The notes beneath the pieces were generated by a model. That model was given only the letters and a program-made list of their open reading frames with translations. It was not told the DNA's origin and made no database searches. A stretch of 64,000 nt of DNA. It comes from Candidatus Acididesulfobacter guangdongensis (lineage in GTDB: Bacteria > SZUA-79 > Acidulodesulfobacterales > Acidulodesulfobacteraceae). A program made the position numbers and the translations under genes. This document shows, piece after piece, positions 49,257 to 58,583 of this stretch. The stretch lies in contig SGBC01000004.1 of NCBI GenBank assembly GCA_004195045.1, positions 28,631 to 92,630 of the forward strand, in the 5' to 3' direction. Position 1 is the stretch's first letter, and every line of letters starts with the position of its first letter.

Positions 49257-50039
49257 TTATATTGTTTTGCCGATTATTTTTTGTAAATCTTTTATATCTT
49301 TTCTTGCATTAATTTCAAAATTATTATCAATATTGATATTATTTTTTGCAGTTATATCATCAAGCCCGATTTTATATTTATTTTTAACGGCTGTGTCTAT
49401 AAGCATATCGCAAAAAATAAAATTTTTCGGCAAAATACTTCCATGCATATATGTACCGTAGAAATTATTTGCGACAGCCCCCTCGCTTTTATCTGCGCCG
49501 TTGTTGCCGTATCCAGCCAACACTTTTCCGAAACTCTGCTGCGATTCAGATAAGTACGTTCTCCCCCCGTGATTTTCAAATCCTACAATTATAATATCGC
49601 CGAAAATAGAGGCTATATTTCCTGTTAATCGGGGTTTTTCCGGTTCAGCTATTGTATGTCCGCTAAAAATAGAAATGCCTTCTATTATTTTATTATCTGC
49701 AGCTTTGTAGTAATTTAGCAGAAGCTGATAGCCACCGCAAATTGAAAGCATTATTTTGCCTGCATCTTTAGCATCTTTAAGCTCATTTTTCTTGTTAATT
49801 GTTAAATCTTTATAAATCAAAGCCTGTTCGGAATCCTGCCCTCCGCCGATAAACATAATGTCCGTTTTGTTTATGTCTATTTTTTCGCCTATAGTAGACG
49901 ATTTAATGTCAACGTTTATTCCATAAAGTGAGGCTCTGTACTTAAAATATAGAATATTTCCTCTATCCCCGTATATATTCATAATCTCAGGATAAAGGTC
50001 AACGGCTTTCAATTTTAGCTTCAGCGAATTATTATTCAT
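49257..50039 (-). CDS. gatD: lipid II isoglutaminyl synthase, glutaminase subunit GatD (CobQ-type GATase)
   Basis: Motif-by-motif match to S. aureus GatD as I recall it: LYPEIMNIYGDRGNI, FIGGGQDSEQAL, ICGGYQLL (catalytic Cys), RLTGNI, VGFENHGGRTY, GYGNNGADKSEG, GTYMHGSILPKN. Confidence 0.88.
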   Translation of the reverse strand: MNNNSLKLKLKAVDLYPEIMNIYGDRGNILYFKYRASLYGINVDIKSSTIGEKIDINKTDIMFIGGGQDSEQALIYKDLTINKKNELKDAKDAGKIMLSICGGYQLLLNYYKAADNKIIEGISIFSGHTIAEPEKPRLTGNIASIFGDIIIVGFENHGGRTYLSESQQSFGKVLAGYGNNGADKSEGAVANNFYGTYMHGSILPKNFIFCDMLIDTAVKNKYKIGLDDITAKNNINIDNNFEINARKDIKDLQKIIGKTI

Positions 50040-50235
50040 TTTTGTGTAGATAGAATTTAGTGAAATTAGATAAAAAGCAAAGCCTGAATTTAGTTTAATT
50101 CATCATTAAATAATTGCCCGTTATTTTTTGATATTGTTTTATTAGTTTGTTTATCTGTTTAATAAGTTATGACATTGTGATAAAATTGTACCGACTGTTG
50201 CGCTATAATTAATTTTATTTTATTAATAAACTAAG

Positions 50236-50315
50236 ATTGCGTCTATTGTAACATAATTTAATGCTTTAAATTAAAATTGCATTGATTATACCATAATTCG
50301 ATGCTTTAGCTTAAA
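50236..50315. repeat. degenerate 40-bp tandem duplication in the gatD upstream region
   Basis: 50236-50275 and 50276-50315 both begin ATTGC and end TTAAA. 31 of 40 positions match by hand alignment. Confidence 0.7.
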
Positions 50316-50468
50316 TAGATTAAATTGTTTATTGCATAATATAACTTAAATATACATTATAAGTTATAAATATAAAAAATATAAATAAAATATAAATATC
50401 GCACCTGCTTTCAGATATAACTTAAATAAAATAATAAAATAAAAATAATTAAAAAAGGAAAAATTATT

Positions 50469-50885
50469 ATGAAGCTGATACACACCGCTATAAAAACCGT
50501 AAATTTAGACAAATCTTTAGCCTTCTATACCGATATATTAAATATGCATATTAAAGAAAAAAAATATATTGAAGCGCATAAAGTAACGCTGGTTTTTTTA
50601 CAAGATGATGCATCAAATTTTGAAATAGAACTTATTTTTGAAGCAGATGCTGAAAATGAAAAAACAGAAAATGTAAATTATGGGCACACAAATGGCGCCG
50701 ATTGCAGTTTTGCCCATTTTGCTTTTATGACAGATAATATAGACAGAGATTTTATCGCCATGAAAGAAAAAGGAGCCGTATTTATGCGCGAACCATTTTA
50801 TTCGCTTGATAAAAGTATGAAATTAGCATTTATTAAAGATCCTGACGATAATACGATAGAATTGATACAATATTTTAAATTATAA
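50469..50885 (+). CDS. VOC-family protein (glyoxalase I / methylmalonyl-CoA epimerase-like)
   Basis: HTAIKTVNLDKSLAFYTDILNM...FEIELI...HFAF...DPDDNTIELI, the typical paired beta-alpha-beta-beta-beta pattern with metal ligands. Confidence 0.7.
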   Translation: MKLIHTAIKTVNLDKSLAFYTDILNMHIKEKKYIEAHKVTLVFLQDDASNFEIELIFEADAENEKTENVNYGHTNGADCSFAHFAFMTDNIDRDFIAMKEKGAVFMREPFYSLDKSMKLAFIKDPDDNTIELIQYFKL

Positions 50886-50921
50886 AAATAAAAATGACTT
50901 TCATTTTTTTATTTTTTATTT

Positions 50922-51371
50922 CTATACCTGAGTGCCGCGATTGACGCTATTGTATTTAACTTTGACTATTGTATCAAGTCCGCCCCTTGATTCAAATTTT
51001 GCTTCAATTTCCATATATTGAGGTTTCAATAAGTCAGTCAAATCATTTAATATTCGGTTTACGGCATGCTCCTGAAGTATTCCGATGTTCCGAAAAGACA
51101 GCAGATAATATTTTAACGACTTCATTTCAACGAGACTGTCATTCGGAATATATTTTATATTAAGTTCTGCCGTATCAGGAAGTCCGCTCCAGGGACAGAC
51201 TGAAGTAAATTCTTTTGTTCCGATATTCACTTCTGTTCCGCTTTGAGGATAATCGAAAGGGATTGTTTCTAAAACTTTTACGTCTATACCGGCTTCAGTT
51301 TTAATATCAAATCTTTTTTCTTTGTATTTGTTATCGTCATAGTGATTGTACTGCTCATATAAATCAGACAT
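50922..51371 (-). CDS. queF: NADPH-dependent 7-cyano-7-deazaguanine (preQ0) reductase, unimodular type
   Basis: Catalytic Cys context EFTSVCPWSGLPD and the QueF motif VEMKSLKYYL. Confidence 0.9.
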   Translation of the reverse strand: MSDLYEQYNHYDDNKYKEKRFDIKTEAGIDVKVLETIPFDYPQSGTEVNIGTKEFTSVCPWSGLPDTAELNIKYIPNDSLVEMKSLKYYLLSFRNIGILQEHAVNRILNDLTDLLKPQYMEIEAKFESRGGLDTIVKVKYNSVNRGTQV

Positions 51372-51778
51372 AATATTATAATCTCCTTAAAATAAAATGA
51401 CCGGAAAATAAAATAGCCGGCAGGCATTATTTATTAGACAACAGGGTGTTAACGCATCAGCTAAGTAAGGCAGCAGACGTATAATCAATTATTTATTATA
51501 ATTTATTGATTGTAATTATTATATCTCGTGCATATAATTCGTTTTTTTTGTTTGATAATATGCAATTTTTCATTTAAGATATGTATATGATATATATCAA
51601 ACAAAAAGAAAAACAAACAAACAAATCATTATTATATTGCGAGATAATCAATAATCAAATAATCAGTAATAAATAATATAGCATAAAAAAATCAGTTTTA
51701 AAATTATTAAATTATTTAATAAATTAAATATTAAACTAAAGATAAATATAATTATAAAATAAATACGTAAAATATATA

Positions 51779-52699
51779 ATGTCAACTGATAATAGCCGAC
51801 CGATAGGTATTTTTGATTCCGGATTGGGCGGTCTGACCGTATTCAAAGAAATACGGCAATTGCTTAGATATGAAAATCTTATATATTTCGGTGATACGGC
51901 AAGAGTACCTTACGGAAACAAATCGAAAGAAACAATTTTAAGATATTCCAAAGAAATAACAAAATTTTTACTAAAAAATGATGTAAAACTTATTGTCGTT
52001 GCCTGCAATACCGTATCAAGTTTAGCTCTTGATGAATTAAAAAAAGAATTCGGCATACCTATTTTTGGCGTGATAGAGCCGGGCGCCAGATGCGCTTATA
52101 AAAAATTAATTGAAAGAAGCCGCAGTGAGAATAAAGGAACTGCAACTGAAAAAAAAATCTTAAGCGATGCAGCAGCCGATTTGTCCGATACGGCAACTAT
52201 AGCAGTTATCGGAACATCTGCAACAATAGGGAGCAAGGCTTATTCCAACGCAATAAACAGATTAAATAATTATAATAACGGCGAAGGCGCAAACATAAAT
52301 GTTAAGATAATAGAAAAAGCCTGTCCTTTATTAGTCCCGCTTGTAGAAGAAGGTTGGATTAATTCCGATATTACACGCGATGTAATAAAATATTATTTGC
52401 AGCCTGTAATTGAAAGCAATCCGTTTTCTATCGTTCTTGGTTGCACCCATTATCCGATGTTAAAAAAAATTATCTCAGAAATTGCGGATAACAGCACAGA
52501 AATTATTGATTCAGGAAAAGAAGTCGCTATAGAAGTAAAAAATTTTTTACTTAGAAATAAAATGTTAAATGGCAAGGCTGATAGACCTTATGAAAAATAT
52601 TATGTCAGCGACGATCCTGAAAAATTTAAATTGCTGGGAAGCAATTTTATCGGCAGCAATATAACGGAGCATATCGAAGTTGTAATTGATTTTCTTTAA
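51779..52699 (+). CDS. murI: glutamate racemase
   Basis: IGIFDSGLGGLTV, VVACNTVS and LGCTHYP catalytic motifs. Contains an internal insertion of about 30 aa. Confidence 0.9.
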   Translation: MSTDNSRPIGIFDSGLGGLTVFKEIRQLLRYENLIYFGDTARVPYGNKSKETILRYSKEITKFLLKNDVKLIVVACNTVSSLALDELKKEFGIPIFGVIEPGARCAYKKLIERSRSENKGTATEKKILSDAAADLSDTATIAVIGTSATIGSKAYSNAINRLNNYNNGEGANINVKIIEKACPLLVPLVEEGWINSDITRDVIKYYLQPVIESNPFSIVLGCTHYPMLKKIISEIADNSTEIIDSGKEVAIEVKNFLLRNKMLNGKADRPYEKYYVSDDPEKFKLLGSNFIGSNITEHIEVVIDFL

Positions 52700-52800
52700 A
52701 TAACATTTTATATAATAACATTTAATATTTAATATAATTTACATGAAAAAATTAAAAAAATAAATGAAAAAAGGCATACATTAAAAAAGGTTCAAAAACT

Positions 52801-55266
52801 ATGATAAAAAATTTTAGAAAAGAATTGCAAAAAAGATTAATTATGTCCGATGGCGCATTGGGCACTGTTTTACAGCTTCAAGGTCTTCTGCCTAAAGGTT
52901 TATTGCCTGAAAGTTTTAATATAACCGATAAAATTGAGCATATTATAGCTGTTCATAAAAGCTATGCGGAGGCTGGAAGCGAAATATTAGTGGCAAACAC
53001 TTTTGGGGCAAATAGAATAAAACTCGCAGAATACGGTCTGGAAAACAAATTATATGAAATTAATTATAATGCCGTAAAAGCAGCGCAAAAAGCCTCCGAA
53101 GGCAAATGTCTTATAGCTATGTCTTTAGCTCCTACCGGAAAATTTATTTATCCGGTCGGTGAATTAACATTCAAGGAAAGCGTTGAATTATATAAAGAAC
53201 AGATAAAAGCCGGTCTCGATGCCGATGTTGATTTATTTCAGCTTGAAACTATGATAGATCTGCAGGAGGTCAGAGCGGCAATAATAGCCGTTAAAGAATT
53301 AAGCGACAAACCGGTAATAGCGATGATGACATTTGATAATACATACAGAACTATTCTTGGCACCACCCCCGAAGTTTTCGCCGTTACCGCCGACAGTCTG
53401 GGTGTCGATGTTATCGGAGCAAATTGTTCCGTCGGACCAGAAGATATTTATGAAATTTTAAAAAAAATGGCTGCCGTTACCGATATTCCTCTCATTTCTA
53501 AGCCTAATGCAGGCATACCTTCTTTAATAAACGGAAAAACCATATTTCCAGGCAAGCCGGATGATTTTTCCAAAATAATAGAAGAACTTGCATTAATAGG
53601 AGTCAGGGTTGTATCAGCCTGCTGCGGTAGCAATAGCTCGTTTATCAGAGCTATGTCGGACGAAGTAAAGATAATAAACAGCGGCGGATTACCCGAAAAA
53701 GGTATAAAAAGAGAACCGGGGCTTTTTGTAACTTCCAGAACATCAGTTATAGGATTAGGCTCTAATCATCCGCCTGTCATGATAGGGGAAAGAATAAATC
53801 CTACGGGAAAAAAAGATTTTATAGAAGAGTTAAAAAACGGCAAAACTAATTATATTAGAAAAACTGCTAAAATTCAAATCGATGACGGCGCATCCATGCT
53901 TGATATTAATGTCGGCGTTCCCGGTACTGACGAAATTGAACTGATGAAAAAAGCAATCTTGGCTGCTTCTAATGTTGTGCAGAGCCCCTTAGTTATAGAT
54001 TCTTCCAATCCTGATGCCGTAGAAGAGGCTCTCATGCTATATCCTGGTAAAGCATTGATTAATTCTATAAGCGGCGAAGAAAAAAAGTTAACTAAATTAA
54101 TGCCTCTTATTAAAAAATACGGCGCTGCCGTTATAGTTCTTGCTTTAGACGACGGCGGCATTCCCGAAACATCGGATGAGAGAATCAAAACTGCGTATAA
54201 AGTTTATTACAAACTAACGGATTTTGGCATTAAATCGTATGATGTTATGATCGATTTTTTAACCCTTCCGATAAGCGCCGGACAAGATAAGGCGCTGATA
54301 ACATTAGACGCGATTAAAAAAAATAAAACTATTCTGAATCTTCCTACCGTTCTGGGCGTCAGTAATATATCTTTCGGTTTGCCGAAAAGAACCCATATTA
54401 ATGCAGCTTTTTTAACGATGTGTTTTTCGGAAGGATTGAGCGCCGCTATAGTAAATCCAGAAGACGAACTGCTAACAGGCAGTTTTTATGCGGTAAAAGT
54501 TTTAATAGCCAAAGATTATCTTGCAAAGGCTTATATAAATCATTTTTCGGAAAAAGCAAACAGTTATAATAACGAAAAAAATTTAAACACGTCAGAAAAA
54601 TCTAAAAATGCAGATGATAAAAGCAATATCTTAAGTCCGGGCGAAAAATTGTACAGCGCTGTTTTAAACGGAGAAAAAGAAGGCGTTGTTTCTATTGTGG
54701 AAAATTTGCTGTCCGAGGGTATAGCACCTTTAGAAATAGGCAATAAATATTTAATACCTGCACTTGAAGAAGTTGGAAAGCTTTTTGATAAAAATATATA
54801 TTTTTTGCCGCAGGTTATGGAAAGCGCAGAGGTTATGAAGATTGCTTTTGCCAGAATTAAGAGAGATTTGCCGAAAAACATAAACGATGCTGAAACCGTA
54901 AAAATTTTAATGGCGACCGTTGAAGGAGATGTTCACGATATCGGCAAAAATATTGTCGCAACGCTTTTAGAAAATAACGGTTTTGAGGTTATCGACCTTG
55001 GCAGAAATGTAAAGACCGAAAAAATAGTTGAAGAGGCAATAAAAAACAAAGTCGATTTTGTAGGGCTATCGGCTTTGATGACGACTACCGTCGGTGAAAT
55101 GGAAAATGTTATAAAAGAATTGAAAAAAAACGGTATAAATGTTTTTTCAATGGTCGGCGGAGCCGTAGTAAACGAAGATTATGCAAAGTCTATAAATGCT
55201 GATATTTATGCAAAAAATGCTATGGAAGCTGTTGAAAAAATTAAACAATTAATAAATAAAAAATGA
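52801..55266 (+). CDS. metH: cobalamin-dependent methionine synthase, short form lacking the AdoMet reactivation domain
   Basis: Hcy-methyltransferase N-domain (DGALGT...GANCS...ACCGS), pterin-binding domain (LDINVG...ISFGLP), and B12 domain with DVHDIGKN (DxHxxG), SALMTTT and GGA. The ORF ends about 30 aa after the B12 domain. Confidence 0.88.
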   Translation: MIKNFRKELQKRLIMSDGALGTVLQLQGLLPKGLLPESFNITDKIEHIIAVHKSYAEAGSEILVANTFGANRIKLAEYGLENKLYEINYNAVKAAQKASEGKCLIAMSLAPTGKFIYPVGELTFKESVELYKEQIKAGLDADVDLFQLETMIDLQEVRAAIIAVKELSDKPVIAMMTFDNTYRTILGTTPEVFAVTADSLGVDVIGANCSVGPEDIYEILKKMAAVTDIPLISKPNAGIPSLINGKTIFPGKPDDFSKIIEELALIGVRVVSACCGSNSSFIRAMSDEVKIINSGGLPEKGIKREPGLFVTSRTSVIGLGSNHPPVMIGERINPTGKKDFIEELKNGKTNYIRKTAKIQIDDGASMLDINVGVPGTDEIELMKKAILAASNVVQSPLVIDSSNPDAVEEALMLYPGKALINSISGEEKKLTKLMPLIKKYGAAVIVLALDDGGIPETSDERIKTAYKVYYKLTDFGIKSYDVMIDFLTLPISAGQDKALITLDAIKKNKTILNLPTVLGVSNISFGLPKRTHINAAFLTMCFSEGLSAAIVNPEDELLTGSFYAVKVLIAKDYLAKAYINHFSEKANSYNNEKNLNTSEKSKNADDKSNILSPGEKLYSAVLNGEKEGVVSIVENLLSEGIAPLEIGNKYLIPALEEVGKLFDKNIYFLPQVMESAEVMKIAFARIKRDLPKNINDAETVKILMATVEGDVHDIGKNIVATLLENNGFEVIDLGRNVKTEKIVEEAIKNKVDFVGLSALMTTTVGEMENVIKELKKNGINVFSMVGGAVVNEDYAKSINADIYAKNAMEAVEKIKQLINKK

Positions 55267-55300
55267 CAATTTCACAAGGGCTGTAAAATTTTTTAAAGGA

Positions 55301-55353
55301 AATTTGATTATTGAAACCTGAATATCTAACAAAATAGAAAGGTTAATCAAATT
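55301..55353 (+). other. imperfect hairpin after metH (possible terminator or RNA element)
   Basis: AATTTGATT/AATCAAATT (9 bp) plus AACCT/AGGTT (5 bp), with a 5-nt bulge and a 20-nt loop. TTTTT lies only 10 nt downstream. Confidence 0.3.
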
Positions 55354-55420
55354 GCACAATTTTTAATCAGCAGGTAAGTTGTTAAAATATTAGAGTAATT
55401 CTTAAGTTATTGAAATTATT

Positions 55421-56992
55421 ATGTATTTAAATATAAAAAATAAAATTGAAATCATTCTGTATAAATTTTTTAAACTGATTTTAGTTGCAGTTTTCAAAAG
55501 AAACGGGGATGTATTACCGATTTATTTGCTAAAAAAATTAGATAAAAATTTAATTGATAATTTTGCAAGAGATATAAATGCTATAAATATTCCGGTAATA
55601 TTTGTCACAGGAACTAACGGAAAAACTACAACCGCCAATTTAATAGCTTCAGGTTTAAATAAAGCCGGTATGAAAGTTTGTTCAAACATCAACGGAGCAA
55701 ATATGACAAACGGCATTTTCGGGTCTATTATTGAGCGATATTCATTTAATGGCAAATTTAATGCGGATATTATGGTAATTGAAACAGACGAGAAGGTTTT
55801 TCCATATATTATTTCAAAAATAAATCCGGATCTTGTAGTAATTACTAATTTTTATAGAGACCAGTTAGACAGATACGGAGAAGTAAATACTACAATGCTC
55901 AGTATTAAAAAATCAATACAGTCTTTAAAAACTTATCCTGTTTTAATTTTGCCTTCCAATGAACCTCTCGCGTCTTTTGTGGGATTTAATACTAAAAATA
56001 AAAAGTTTTATTTTAACGTTAAATCAGAGAAAAAAGAATTTAATAATGATTACAACAACAATAATAATGACAATAACAACGGTAAAAGCAATAATGACAA
56101 ATTAAATACATTAAATGCTTTAGGTAGCGATTTAGATGACCATAACTTATGTAAACGCGAAAAAGAAAATAGCAATATCGCTTTAACCGATGCAATCTCC
56201 TGCCCTCAATGCGGAAATATATTGTCCGCTTATTTTAACGTTCATTATACTATGATAAATTATTGCTGTAATTATTGCGGATATAAAAACGCTGCTGCTG
56301 ATGTAGAGGCAGAATCGTCCGGCGATGATTATATAACTTTTAATTTTAAAAATATGGAAGAATTTAATTCTAAGGTAAAAAGCAAAGGATTCTATTTTAA
56401 GCCTTCAATACAGGGTTATTATAACATATTAAACTATATGGCAGCCTTTCTGGTGCTAAAATTTTATTGCATAGACGACGAGATAATAAAAAAAACATTT
56501 GAAAATTATTCCACAAAATTTGGCAGGTCTTTTAAGAAAATAGTTCAAGGAATAGAGTGCAGCATAGATTTAGTAAAAAATCCATCAGGATTCAACAATG
56601 TATTAGAAAAGATATTTGAAAAAGATGATTGCATTAATGCTTTATTTGCTTTTTCCGACAGAGATGCGGACGGCAGGGATATTTCATGGATTTGGGACGT
56701 AAATTTTGAAAAATATATTAATAAATTTAATAATATTGCAATTACGGGGCTTAGACCGTACGATATGGCTATAAGGCTTAAAACTGCCGGAATAGATATA
56801 AAGAAAATAAAAGTAAATCATAATGTTAAAAAAGCGTTTAACGGAATTATAAATGACAGATATAATTACGGCAATGCCGTAGACGGCAGCTATAACTGCT
56901 GTAATTACAGCAATAATAAAAAAAAATTAAATAAACTCTATATATTTTCAACTTATACAGAACTTTCAAATTTAGAAAAAATTATTGTATAA
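55421..56992 (+). CDS. murT: lipid II isoglutaminyl synthase, ligase subunit MurT (Mur-ligase fold plus DUF1727)
   Basis: VTGTNGKTTTANLI, VIETDE, ITNFYRDQLDRYGE, a Cys4 ribbon (CPQCGN...CNYCGY), and DADGRDISWIWDVNFEK (DUF1727). All parallel S. aureus MurT. Confidence 0.88.
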   Translation: MYLNIKNKIEIILYKFFKLILVAVFKRNGDVLPIYLLKKLDKNLIDNFARDINAINIPVIFVTGTNGKTTTANLIASGLNKAGMKVCSNINGANMTNGIFGSIIERYSFNGKFNADIMVIETDEKVFPYIISKINPDLVVITNFYRDQLDRYGEVNTTMLSIKKSIQSLKTYPVLILPSNEPLASFVGFNTKNKKFYFNVKSEKKEFNNDYNNNNNDNNNGKSNNDKLNTLNALGSDLDDHNLCKREKENSNIALTDAISCPQCGNILSAYFNVHYTMINYCCNYCGYKNAAADVEAESSGDDYITFNFKNMEEFNSKVKSKGFYFKPSIQGYYNILNYMAAFLVLKFYCIDDEIIKKTFENYSTKFGRSFKKIVQGIECSIDLVKNPSGFNNVLEKIFEKDDCINALFAFSDRDADGRDISWIWDVNFEKYINKFNNIAITGLRPYDMAIRLKTAGIDIKKIKVNHNVKKAFNGIINDRYNYGNAVDGSYNCCNYSNNKKKLNKLYIFSTYTELSNLEKIIV

Positions 56993-57280
56993 TTAAATTG
57001 CCGTTATAACGATACTGTCGCCGAATAATGTAATTTTTCGTTGCCCATTTTTAATTTTAGTGATAAACTTTTCGTTATAAGCCGCTTTGGTTATAATTCG
57101 CTTTGATTATATGTGCAGCCTGTATTTGTTTAACATTTTTGCTGCGCAATAATTTTAAATGTTGCTGCGCTATCGCTTTTTTAACGTCGTATTTTGTTAA
57201 ACGTCTTTACTATAGAATATCCTTAGTGTGTTCTTTAAATTTTTAACGGTAATAATAATTTAAGGCTATATATAAATATC

Positions 57281-57643
57281 ATGAATCCATACTATTATAT
57301 GATTTTTGCCGTTATCTTTTCATCGTTTGGCCAGCTTTTGCAAAAAATAGGCTCGGGTAAAGTAAAAGAGGAACATTTAAAAATAGGTTTTAAATCTGTC
57401 CTTATATTTTTTAATCCCTTTATTTTCAGTGCGCTGGTCATCCTTTTTTTCGCCACATTATTTTATCTTCTGGCATTATCCAAACTTCCGCTGTCTATTG
57501 CATACCCGCTCTTATCAAGCGGTTATATTTTTGTGCTGTTGCTTTCAAAATTTTTTTTGAAAGAAAAAGTTGGAATCAGAAGATGGCTTGGGGTTTTTGT
57601 TATTATTACGGGGATATGCGTTGTTTTTTTTTCAGGCAGGTAA
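57281..57643 (+). CDS. small 4-TM DMT/SMR-like transporter, ArnE/ArnF-like
   Basis: SFGQLLQK and LPLSIAYPLLSSGYIFVLL...RRWLGVFVIITGICVV resemble E. coli ArnE (GQLCQK, VPVGIAYPMLS). Confidence 0.55.
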   Translation: MNPYYYMIFAVIFSSFGQLLQKIGSGKVKEEHLKIGFKSVLIFFNPFIFSALVILFFATLFYLLALSKLPLSIAYPLLSSGYIFVLLLSKFFLKEKVGIRRWLGVFVIITGICVVFFSGR

Positions 57644-57798
57644 AATAAATAATAAAATAATAAAAGAGTTGCAGACACTAAAGCAATAAAAAAAATATAA
57701 AATAAAAATAAATGATACTTGTATAGAATAGGTTGTATAATCATATTTATTTAAAAAATAATTTAATTTAAATATTTACAATTCGGAAGATAATTTTA

Positions 57799-58563
57799 AT
57801 GAACGTGTTATCGTCAAAATCTTTTATTGTTTCCATAAAAAAAATGAATGAAGCAGACTTATTAATAGTCTATGTTACCGAAGATTATGGAAAAATCGTC
57901 TGTTTTGCCAATAATGCAAGAAAAAGCAAAAAGAGGTTTCTTGGAAAACTTGAACCCGCTATGCTGACAAGTATAAAATTTTATGAAAAAGCGGGAATGT
58001 CGCTGGCAATACTTTATGAAGTAGATTCTGTCGAAGAATATAAAAATATCAGAAAAAATATAAATGCCTACATGTCTATATCAAAACTTCTGGAAATTAC
58101 AAAAGCGCTTGTTCCTGAAAAAGACAAAAATATAATGATTTTTAATTTGCTAAGGGACGTATATATTAGTTTGAATGACGCGGTCGGAAACGATTGCACG
58201 GAAGATATCATCTTAAAGCATGAGCTTTATTTTATTTCTAATTTTTTAAAGTATATCGGCATATTTCCCAATTTTACGACATGCACATTATGTTCGCAGA
58301 AAAATGCAGATAATTATTTTACTTTCAGCATAGCAAAAGGCGGAGCAGTCTGCGGCAATTGCGCCAAAACGGTAAAAACAATAAATTTGCCTGTAAGCGC
58401 CGTAAAAATTATTAATCTCATGGCAAATTCCAGTACTTCGATAATTTCAAAATTAAATGCCAAAGACTATGTCCTGAGAGACTGCATTAACTTTTTAGAA
58501 AATATTTTATCCTCTTATGCAGGAAATTCATTTAAATCTTTCAATCTTAATAAAAAATATTAA
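57799..58563 (+). CDS. recO: DNA repair protein RecO
   Basis: N-terminal OB-fold pattern (SFIVSIKKMNEADLLIVYVTEDYGKIVCFANNARKSKKRF) and a zinc finger (CTLCSQ...CGNC). Confidence 0.8.
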   Translation: MNVLSSKSFIVSIKKMNEADLLIVYVTEDYGKIVCFANNARKSKKRFLGKLEPAMLTSIKFYEKAGMSLAILYEVDSVEEYKNIRKNINAYMSISKLLEITKALVPEKDKNIMIFNLLRDVYISLNDAVGNDCTEDIILKHELYFISNFLKYIGIFPNFTTCTLCSQKNADNYFTFSIAKGGAVCGNCAKTVKTINLPVSAVKIINLMANSSTSIISKLNAKDYVLRDCINFLENILSSYAGNSFKSFNLNKKY

Positions 58564-58583
58564 TTTAAATTAGTTTATAAATT

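Noticed and set aside
51372-51480. Possible preQ1 riboswitch in the queF 5' leader (minus strand).
   Set aside because: I reverse-complemented the leader (...GCGUUAACACCCUGUUGUCUAAUAAAUAAUGCCUGCCGGCUAUUUUAUUUUCCGGUCAUUUUAUUUUAAGGAG...). I could not form the P1 stem followed by the A-rich tail/ACUA pseudoknot of preQ1-I. Only a CCGG/CCGG hairpin near the RBS is present. An Infernal scan would be decisive.
57000-57280. Guanidine-II (mini-ykkC) or other riboswitch upstream of the small SMR/DMT-like transporter.
   Set aside because: The protein looks ArnE-like rather than SugE/Gdx-like. The spacer has AACGTC twice but no paired hairpins with ACGR tetraloops.
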